The position numbers were made by a program, and so were the translations under genes. 61,156 bases of DNA, taken from the IMG/VR virus record IMGVR_UViG_3300045125_000015, positions 1 through 61,156 of that record, one strand, 5' to 3'. The notes under the pieces were generated by a model. It was not told the DNA's origin, searched no databases, and saw only the letters and a list, made by a program, of their open reading frames with translations. Positions within the stretch are counted from its first letter, which is position 1. Each line of letters begins with the position of its first letter. This document shows positions 48,390 to 56,853 of the stretch, piece by piece. Origin of the DNA: a virus (taxonomy: Duplodnaviria; Caudoviricetes).

Positions 48390-48494
48390 ACTGTGTCGGG
48401 CAGCGACAAGCCACCGAACCCTTGAGGTTTGGTTCTTACCCCTGAGGGAACGTGCCCTACACACGGAGAGCCAAGCCTCAAGGGTTTTTCATTT
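48390..48494 (+). ncRNA. Structured leader/antisense-type RNA
   Basis: 20-bp stem 48417-48436/48467-48486 with G-U pairs and a U-rich tail; internal TGCCCTACACA is complementary (10/11) to upstream TGTGTCGGGCA. Confidence 0.5.
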
Positions 48495-48822
48495 CCGGCT
48501 AGTGACCGTACCTTCCGCGATGAGCAGAGAGCCTGCATGGGCTGCCGAAGAGAGAACACCGGCTACCGAGCACCCCGGCAACGCCGCGCAGCCTGTTAGT
48601 GAGGGACTGCACAAGATTACGGAGCCAGTGGTGAGACAAATCCGTGGTCGAAGCAATCGCTACCTTCTGGGAGCCAGAGCAAGTAACGGGATACGAAAGT
48701 ACCCAGCACAAGCGACCGGCAGCCAGGATCAGCAGGAATCATTGCTGGTCTGGGCAGGTGTGATACTCCAGTCGTGACCTGCGGTAGGGGAAACGGCACG
48801 GCTTATCACCCTTGGAGGACCT

Positions 48823-49356
48823 ATGGGAGAAATGATGGGAGCGTCAAAAATTGGTATGGCCATGCTTTCCAGGTACATCAAGCACCGGCTTGGCTGCGGA
48901 GCAAAGAATGGAGTCAGCCCGTACGACTTGGCCTGCAAGGTCTTGGAGATGGATGGGAAACGTAAGCCTTTTGGCTTGAAGTCGAAAGCATGGGTGGAGC
49001 GCAACCTTGAGCACATATCTGCAATCTCGCGGCAGTACGTCAGCACAAAGCCATACCAACCACCGCCAAAACCAAAGAAGAAAGCGCCAGCAATTAGTCC
49101 CAACGTTATCTCAAATGATTTATTTTTAAAAACATATGAGTGGCGTCGTCTTCGCATGGAAGCGTTGAAAAAGTATGGGCCGAAGTGTATGTGCTGCGGC
49201 GCTACGCCTGCGACTGGTGCGGTCATGAACGTGGATCACATCAAGCCACGCAAGTTATTCCCAGAGCTGGCGTTGGAGATATCCAACCTTCAGATCCTCT
49301 GCCATGAGTGCAACCACGGCAAAGGCAACTGGGATCAGTCGGACTGGCGGTCGTGA
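48823..49356 (+). CDS. HNH endonuclease
   Basis: WRRLRMEALKKYGPKCMCCG...VDHIKP...NLQILCHECNHGK. Confidence 0.88.
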   Translation: MGEMMGASKIGMAMLSRYIKHRLGCGAKNGVSPYDLACKVLEMDGKRKPFGLKSKAWVERNLEHISAISRQYVSTKPYQPPPKPKKKAPAISPNVISNDLFLKTYEWRRLRMEALKKYGPKCMCCGATPATGAVMNVDHIKPRKLFPELALEISNLQILCHECNHGKGNWDQSDWRS

Positions 49357-49387
49357 TTCTTTTTACTATTGAAGCAATACATGAGTG

Positions 49388-49433
49388 TTGACAGGAACAA
49401 TGTGTTGACGGATACTAGATGTAGAGGTACAGT
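49388..49433 (+). promoter_or_regulatory. Tandem sigma70-like promoters upstream of the repeat locus
   Basis: TTGACA-17-GATACT (49388-49416) and TTGACG-17-TACAGT (49405-49433). Confidence 0.6.
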
Positions 49434-49456
49434 GATTCCTAGATATAGGAGTGGAT

Positions 49457-49618
49457 ATGAAAGAGGGGGAGTGGCTGCGGGAGTATGTGCAGGAATTTGC
49501 GGACAAGCTGGAGCAGTCTGTGGTGGAGCGGGAGCGCGAGCGTGCGGCCATGATCTGTCATGCCTGTCGTGACCTGCCGCCGGAGGTCATCGCGGAAAGG
49601 ATTTTGGATCGTAAGTAA
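49457..49618 (+). CDS. 53 aa hypothetical protein
   Basis: AGGAG RBS; MKEGEWLREYVQEFADKLEQSVVERERERAAMICHACRDLPPEVIAERILDRK. Confidence 0.55.
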   Translation: MKEGEWLREYVQEFADKLEQSVVERERERAAMICHACRDLPPEVIAERILDRK

Positions 49619-49623
49619 TACCT

Positions 49624-50000
49624 GGCGAGGCACGGCTTGGCTCGCCAAGGCGAGGTCGGGAAAGGTGGGGGCTGGCAACAGCGGATAGGGGATTCTCAAG
49701 AGTCCTCCTTCCCCTGGCAAGCTAGTGCTGGGCACGGCAGTGTCCGGCAAGGTTCGGTCAGGTGCGGTATGGGCTGGAAACAGCGTACAGAATCTTCTAC
49801 GAGGGTCTCTGTGCGATGTGAAGAAATCAAACACTGCGAGGCGAGGCTAGGCTGGGTAGAGCTTGGTCCGGCTAGGCAAGGTATGGGCTGCTGTGCAGCG
49901 TATAGCAGGTTCTCTGAGCCTGTTATGCGATGCGTAAGCATCAAGGGTTCGGCGCGGTCTGGAATGCAATGGCGGTGCAGGGACTGGTATGGCAAGGTTC
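49624..50000 (+). repeat. Array of four (GGY-NN)n pentamer tracts separated by hairpin cassettes; candidate guide-RNA array
   Basis: Unbroken 5-nt register in tracts 49624-49668, 49716-49770, 49835-49884 and 49946-50000. Tracts 1-3 end in GGGCTG-loop-CAGC plus a long hairpin. Confidence 0.85.
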
Positions 50001-50021
50001 TTTTAACTTAGGAGAGTGATC

Positions 50022-50636
50022 ATGGCAAAAGCCAAACAAGTAGCAGAAGTTTCCAACGGCGGCGCAGAGTCAATCGAGTACGGCATCCCGTACACCGCGC
50101 ATGTCACCATCGAAGGCAGCGCAGACTTCCTGTTCCATCGCTGGAACTGCGAGGCCGTAGAAGCAAAATCCAAAGCGGCAAAGAATTCCGCAGCCAAGAA
50201 AACAGACGACATCGAGTCCTACGTCTGGCGCAACGACGACGGCGAACTGTGCTGCCCCGGCGAGTACCTGCGGCAGTCCATCATCATGGCCGCCAAGTTC
50301 AAGCAAGACCCACGTTCACCACGCAAGTCAGCGATGGATCTGACCAAGGCGGGCGTAGTCAGCCTGACCAACTTGGCCAGCTTCGGCAAGACAGAGTGGG
50401 ACTACGAAGACAAGCGCCGCGTTGTCATCCAACGTGCAGGCGTGAACCGTGTGCGTCCGGCGATGAAGGCGGGCTATCGGCTCGACTTTGACCTGATGGT
50501 TCTGACACCGGAATACATCGATCAGTTCTGGCTGCAAGACACGTTATCTATGGCCGGCAGACTGGTCGGTATCGGTGACTTCCGTCCGACGTTTGGCCGG
50601 TTCAACGTAGTGAAGTTTGATATCTCTCAAGGGTGA
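50022..50636 (+). CDS. Stand-alone RAMP/Cas7-like protein associated with the GGY-NN tracts
   Basis: Intact 204 aa ORF. N-terminal strand YTAHVTIEGSADFLFH; GELCCPGEYLRQSI (cf. Cas7/Csm3 P.IPGSSLKG); C-terminal Gly-rich loop AGRLVGIGDFRPTFGRF. Fold inferred from motifs only. Confidence 0.65.
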   Translation: MAKAKQVAEVSNGGAESIEYGIPYTAHVTIEGSADFLFHRWNCEAVEAKSKAAKNSAAKKTDDIESYVWRNDDGELCCPGEYLRQSIIMAAKFKQDPRSPRKSAMDLTKAGVVSLTNLASFGKTEWDYEDKRRVVIQRAGVNRVRPAMKAGYRLDFDLMVLTPEYIDQFWLQDTLSMAGRLVGIGDFRPTFGRFNVVKFDISQG

Positions 50637-50706
50637 GGTGCGGCGATGATCAGGCAGCAGTGGACGGGCAATGCAGGGATTAGGTTCAGGTCAGGCACGG
50701 TATGGG
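50632..50706 (+). repeat. Fifth GGY-NN tract, downstream of the RAMP-like gene
   Basis: GGTga GGTgc GGCga ... GGAcg GGCaa TGCag GGA.. GGT.. GGTca GGCac GGTat GGG, with a few 1-nt register slips. Confidence 0.7.
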
Positions 50707-50723
50707 TTTTATAGGAGAGTTTC

Positions 50724-51843
50724 ATGCTTCAATTTAATAGGTACATTTTGCGCGGCGAAACTGATGACTTCCACATCCGGTTCATCGCGCTGGTCAACTC
50801 CATCATCCACGAGCTGCCGGGTGACATGAAGGGCAGCATGGACAAGCTGCGTGAACTAGCACACAGGTATCCGCTGAACGACCGCCTGCCAGCAGTAGCG
50901 GCCAGGTTGTTCTTCTGGGGCAAGGTTGCATGGGATGACATCAAAGACATCCTGCCGGCAGAACTTCCATCGGCCTTCTTCTACAAGCAGGAGATCGTCG
51001 GCTGTCTAGGATACGAGCGGGCATGGCGCAGGTACGGCATCAACGAGGATCAGTGGATGCTGTATCAAGGCATGGATACCTACACCCCGCACAGTTCTCA
51101 GCCCGGCGGCTTCATCTGCTACCAGCCGCGCAGCAGCGGGTTCTTCTCCGTGATCGAGAACATCATCGCCGCTGACATTGCCGCCAGCATCGAGGGATAC
51201 GCAAATGGTTCTTCGATATGTCCGGCAACTGGTGGGCGTACGATGAGCCGTTCGAGGATATTTTCGGCGACATTTTCCAGTACCCAAAGAACGGCATGTT
51301 GCCCAAGATGAACTTCGATGCCATGCGCAAGATCTGGATGACGCCGACAGACACCACGGCATCCTTGCTGTCCACCATGAAGGCAACCTGGTACGCCCAT
51401 ATCTATCAAGCTATCGGCGCGTACGCTCCGGAGGTCAAGGGCATGGATAACTGCGGCGTAATCTTCGTGCGCGGCGGTGACAAGCTACATGACCGAGACT
51501 ATTCCATCGCCCACGCAGCCTGATCAGGCGTGACCTGAAGACGATGGAACGCTTGTGCCAGACGCGGTACGTCCTGTCTGATGACAAGGAAGCAGGCGCG
51601 AGGGTAGCGGGTCTGGATGGGTATGTCATTGACCGCAGCCATCAGGTAGAGGGCGGCTATCATCATCGCCCCGGCCAGAAGACCAGCTGCATGAACATCC
51701 TCGGCAACTATCTGGCTATGGTGGAAGCCAAGATGAACATGTCCTGCCCGTCAGCCAACCTTGTCAACGCAGCGCAGTGGACGCGGAACGATGACGAGAA
51801 CTGGAGCCAGGCCAACCCTGTTTACCGATACCTTTTGATTTAG
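50724..51843 (+). CDS. GT23/NodZ-like fucosyltransferase-type protein (frameshifted)
   Basis: SSGFFSVIEN; GVIFVRGGDKL (cf. HVRRTDK); YVLSDD; NILGNYLAMVEA...SANL. Confidence 0.55.
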
Positions 51844-51852
51844 GGGTTGTTA

Positions 51853-53425
51853 TGACTGCTATCGGATTTTTTGTTTGATGACCTGCTTAGTAATTGGCTC
51901 TTTTGCATCTAATTTTATTGCTCCTAAATGGTTTGAATATTGTTTTGATGCGCTTGCCCTGATTGGTGTTGTTTTATTTGTGCTTGGCGTAGGAAAATTT
52001 CTTTGGGAAGTAATGCCATGAACTTCATCATCCACACCAAATCTTTCCTGCTCGGCATGGTGTTCGCATGGATAGCCAGCTATGCCATAGCAGCCTTGTA
52101 CAAGATGATCTTCGGGAGGCCAGAATGAATGACCGCGAACTGATGCAACAAGGATATGAAGTTCCGCTAGTGGAACAGCTTGATGCTGTGCCAAGAAATG
52201 CGCGATTGTGGATTGAAAATCCAAACGGAATGGGTAGCCGCCATTTCCCAATTGGCCTTATGTGTTACAAAGCCGCAGAAGCCCTCCGCGCCCGACTCGC
52301 GCAGCCTGAACCGGAGCCGTATGGATACATAGCGCGACGCAATTGGAAAATGCCAGTGTTCATTGAAGCTGACAATGTAGAAGCGACAGGATTACCATAC
52401 AACAACGCTGACTACGAGCCGGTATTTAAAGCCCCACCACAGCGCGAACGAGTGCAATTCCCGACGATGCTACGCAAGATGTGGAGTGGTGGCGAGGATG
52501 CAAGCGTGGCTGGATGAGAATGTAAACAAGGAGAATAACAATGGATAGACAGTGTTCAAGTTGCGGAGGCTTTTGTAAGAAGTCAGGGTGTGAACGTGAG
52601 AACGTAAAGCCGAAGGAATGGCAAGGGCTGACGAATGAAGAAATAGAGGACGCGTATCTGTCTGGAACTGGCTTTGTGTTAGCGCGGCAAAATAATGTGC
52701 AGCAACATTTGAGCAGATACGACAATTTTTGTTTTGCCCGTGCTATTGAAAAAACTTTGAGAAAGAAAAACAATGGATAACTTAGATGCAATATTGTCAA
52801 TGCACGACCCACAACATCAATATGTAAGGCGCTTAGTTGGCTGCGGGCATGGGGTTTTGTTCAAAGATTACTGCCGTGATTGTGAATTAGTGCTGCTTGT
52901 TGCCAATTATAAAAACGCCCAAAAAACCATACAAAAAGTGCGAAACAGGTTAAAAGAAATGGGCGTTGATGATTTTCCAGAAGGGACAATCACATGAATA
53001 ACCCTGTGGCATGGATACATAGGTTTATTGAAGGTGGCATTTCAATAGGCAAGAAGCCGGTAGATTTAGACAGACACCCAGATCGTTGGATGCCGGTTTA
53101 TGCCGATCCAACGCCATGTCAAACCTGCGAAGCACTAGCGCGAACAGTGATGATGGATCAAACATCGCACGACACCCCACCACAGCGCGAATGGCAAGGG
53201 CTTACGGACGAGGAAATAGACGAACTATTTGATGTGATCGTCTATGACTTACCACATGCTATTCAAGTTACCCGCGCCATCGAAGCCAAGCTGAGGGAAA
53301 AAATGGAAACCTTTGAATGGTTGACGCTACTCGGTGGCGTGATGATCGGCATGGGAGTGTTGTTATTTATGTTCGCGGCAGCCGTCGCATTTTTTATAGG
53401 AGCAGCAGATGAACCTGAGTCTTGA
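51853..53425 (+). CDS. Cluster of small accessory hypothetical proteins
   Basis: Coupled ORFs including 52068-52517, 52541-52780, 52773-52997, 52994-53425; shared EWQGLTDEE/RAIE modules. Confidence 0.5.
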
Positions 53426-54206
53426 CAAGATAAGAATTGATGGCGGCACACAAAGCCGACTCAAGATAGACGAGAACGTAGTAGCGCAGTACGCCTATGA
53501 CTTAGAGAATGGTGCTGAGTTCCCGCCGGTGGTGGTCTATAACGACGGCACAGATTACTGGCTGTCTGATGGCTTCCACCGCTACCTATCCCGCAAGCGT
53601 ATCAACAGCCCAGGGATCAACGTAACCGTCCGTGAAGGCACATCCAGGGACGCCCTGCTCAACGGTATAGAGGCCAACAATAAACACGGCCTGCGCCCAT
53701 CTAACGAAGATAAGCGGCACGGTGTACTCATCATGCTTAAAGATATCGAGTGGCAGGACATGAGCGACCGGCAGATAGCCAAGATCGCAGGCGTGAGTCA
53801 CACCTACGTCAGTAACTTGCGCAGAGAACTGAAGGAAGAAAACAAGAAAAGTGTAAACGTTGCCACAAGCAAGAATCGTACCAAAGAAGAAAAGCCTGCT
53901 GATCCTGTCGCTGATTTTACCGAGGCGGAGGTTGAGCGCGAGACCATGGCGGCGGCGGTAGAGGAATTGCAAAAGCAGAATGAGGACTTGCAAGATCAGC
54001 TGGCGATTGTCATGGCTGCAAGTACGGATGATATCCAGAAGGAAAGAGCTGAGTCAGTCATCAAAGATTTACGCGCACAACTGCGGGCAGCGGAGATAGA
54101 ATTAAAAGAAGTCACCATCAGCCGCGACATGTACCAGCGTGAGAACGGCGAGCTGAAGAAGCAAGTGACTTCCCTCCTGAAGAAACTCAAGAAGTACGAA
54201 CAATAG
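53409..54206 (+). CDS. ParB-like N-terminal domain protein with HTH and coiled coil
   Basis: IRIDGGTQSR...FPPVVVY...WLSDGFHRY...N..HGL...SDRQIAKIAGVSHTYV. Confidence 0.8.
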   Translation: MNLSLDKIRIDGGTQSRLKIDENVVAQYAYDLENGAEFPPVVVYNDGTDYWLSDGFHRYLSRKRINSPGINVTVREGTSRDALLNGIEANNKHGLRPSNEDKRHGVLIMLKDIEWQDMSDRQIAKIAGVSHTYVSNLRRELKEENKKSVNVATSKNRTKEEKPADPVADFTEAEVERETMAAAVEELQKQNEDLQDQLAIVMAASTDDIQKERAESVIKDLRAQLRAAEIELKEVTISRDMYQRENGELKKQVTSLLKKLKKYEQ

Positions 54207-54250
54207 GAAACGCCCAAGCCGGCGGGCGTGTGTGCCGGTAGGAGAAACTA

Positions 54251-55739
54251 ATGCCTCTAACATTGCGGGACTACCAAGAAGAAGCTATCCAAAAACTCAG
54301 AGAAGGATTCGCGAAGGGACACAGATCACAACTGTTATATCTAGGAACTGGCGGCGGCAAGACTGAGATTGCCATCGCCATGCTGGATGCGGCCAAGAAG
54401 AAGGGCAGCAAGGCAGCGATGATCCTAGATCGTATCGTCCTGTGCGATCAGACAAGTCGGCGGCTCGACAAGTACAGCGTCGATCACGGCGTACTCCAAG
54501 CAGGTCACTGGCGGTACAAGCCATACGAGAACATCCAAGTCTGCTCTGCTCAGACATTGGAGAAGCGCGGAGACTTTCCAGGTCTTGATCTTTTGGTCGT
54601 TGACGAGTGCCATGCCCAGCGTAAGCAGACCATCGAGTTCATCAAGAACAATCCGCACGTTCGTGTGGTCGGATTGTCTGCTAGTCCGTTTACCAAAGGG
54701 CTGGCCAACACTTATTCCAACGTCGTCAGTCCCATCACCACCAAGCAGCTAGTCGAGCAGGGTTCGCTGGTTCCGCTGCGCGTGTTCATCGCCAAAGAAG
54801 TGGACATGACTGGAGCCAAGAAGGTAGCGGGCGAGTGGAGCCAGGCAGATGCGACCGAGCGCGGCCTCAAGATCACCGGCGATGTGGTCACAGAGTGGGC
54901 GAAGAAAACCCGCGAGATATTTGGTGAGCCTCGCAAGACCATCGTGTTCGCGTCCGGCGTTGCGCATGGTGCAGATCTGGCGGCCAAGTTCCAAGCACTC
55001 GGCTACAACTTTGTCAGTCTGAGCTACAAAGATGATGAGGAGTGGAAGCGCGAGGTGATCGAGGACTTTGCCAAGCCCGACAGCAAGATCATCGGCCTGA
55101 TTGCCTGCGACATTCTGACCAAAGGATTTGACAACGAGCATGTCATGATCGGCGTGTCGGCGCGTCCGTTCTCCAAGTCATTCAGCAGCCATGTCCAGCA
55201 GATGGGCAGGGTCATGCGGGCAAACCAGACCAACCCTGAATCCAAACCGTTCGCTGTGTGGCTAGACCATAGTGGCAACTACCTTGCGGTTTCGCACCGA
55301 CTGGGAGGAGCTGTACGACGTAGGCGTAACCAAGCTGGAGGATGGTAAAGAGAAGCCCAAGAAAGAACTGACAGAGAAGCAGAAGAAGGAAAGCAAGTGT
55401 CCTGTCTGTGCAGCGTTGTGGGTTGGTGGGTCTGATACTTGTTACAACTGCGGCCACGTTCGTGAGCGTCGGAACATGGTGCAAGAGGTTGACGGCAAGC
55501 TGGAGGAACTCAGCGGCCATGTCCCGAAGGAAAACAAGCAGCAGTTCTGGTCTGAGATGGTCTGGATGATGCGGTATCAAGGCTGGTCGAAGGGTAGGGC
55601 AAGCCATACCTATCGGGAGAAGTTCGGAGTCTGGCCGAAAGGTCTGAGCGACAACACTCCGTCCGTACCATCGGCAGAAACCAAGAAGTTTATCGACAAG
55701 AAGCTACACGCATTCCTTAAAAAGATAGGCAGAAGATAA
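54251..55739 (+). CDS. SF2 DExH helicase with C-terminal Zn finger (indel near 55288)
   Basis: LRDYQ; GTGGGKT; VDECH; GLSASP; QQMGRVMR; LDHSGN; CPVC...CYNCG. Confidence 0.9.
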
Positions 55740-55981
55740 TGAATGAACTTATTTTGTACGATATAGGCGTGGCTATTCCAATTTGCGCGGTGTGTGACAA
55801 GCCAGTTGATAAAGTGGAGTCTATGTATGACCCAAACTATGACGGGAAAATATTTAGGGTGTACTGCCACGGCAAAATGGAGCAGCAGATTCTTGGGGCT
55901 TACATCATGATGGACGCTAAAGAAATAACTTTTGGCAAGGCGTTTGACTATCCAAAATTACCAAAGCAGGAGGGCGAGTGA
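55739..55981 (+). CDS. Hypothetical protein (AT-rich)
   Basis: Intact 80 aa ORF with CAVC, between helicase and primase. Confidence 0.5.
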   Translation: MNELILYDIGVAIPICAVCDKPVDKVESMYDPNYDGKIFRVYCHGKMEQQILGAYIMMDAKEITFGKAFDYPKLPKQEGE

Positions 55982-56853
55982 TGGACTTCATTGACATTTG
56001 CCCGCAGCCACGGCATCATCATCAACGAGCTGCCACCCATCGGCGTATGGAAACGCTACCGCACGCAAGATCACCCGCGTAAGCGCAACGGCGCGGCCAA
56101 GTACATGGGAACTCATGGGTTCGTGCAGAACCATGCGCTGTCAACCGTTGTCAGTCTGTGGAAGCCTGACTCACTCGACCGTCTGAACTCACCCGATATG
56201 CGGGCGATCATCATAGGTCAGGCGAAGGCCGAGCAGGAGCGCAAGAAGTTGCAGACCGAGGCGGTCGGCAAGGCAGTCAGGATGCTGAACGATAGCGGCC
56301 TCAGTACGCATGAGTACCTGACAGCAAAGGGATTTCCAGATGAGCAGGGAAATGTTCTTCTGATCGAAGAACAAGCCTGTCCTTCTCATTCCAATGAGGT
56401 GCGGCAAGTCGCTCGTCGGAGTGCAGCAGATATGGCCGGACGGCAACAAGAAATTCCTGTACGGCCAGCGCACAGCAGGCGCGACCTTCTCATTCGATAA
56501 CAAGGGAATCAATATCGTCTGCGAGGGATACGCGACCGCGTTGTCCGTTCGTGCGGCCATGAAGCAGATGAAGCGGCGGTACAACATCCATGTGTGCTTC
56601 AGTGCTGGCAACATGGTGCGCGTGGCGGCGGGGCTGGAGCCTGGGCTGGTCATCGCTGACAATGACAAAAGCGGGACGGGACAACAGGCGCGCGCAAGAA
56701 ATTGGCTGGCCTGTTTGGATGTCTGATCGGGAAACAGAGGACGCAAACGACTGCCACCGTCGGATCGGCTTGTTTCAGTTCTCACAAAGCCTGACTCATT
56801 CAATGCTCAACATCGGTGCGGGCTGGCATGACGAGCGACAATCCACCGTCTGA
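55981..56853 (+). CDS. Toprim-domain primase-like protein (frameshifted)
   Basis: HEYLTAKG; Q.I.PDGNKKFL.G; IVCEGYATALS; FSAGN; IADND.SGTG; DAND. Confidence 0.8.

Noticed and set aside
48040-48820. tRNA genes or a group I intron upstream of the HNH
   Set aside because: I could not find a cloverleaf with a T-loop and acceptor stem, a P7-type core, or an interrupted gene.
49624-50000. Canonical CRISPR array or simple microsatellite
   Set aside because: There are no identical 25-40 bp repeats with spacers, and the pentamers vary systematically at two positions, unlike slippage repeats.
49439-50011. ORFs 49637-50011 (+), 49439-49834 (-) and 49696-49995 (-) over the array
   Set aside because: Low-complexity translations with no RBS; a 5-nt period and G-U stems are not explained by coding.
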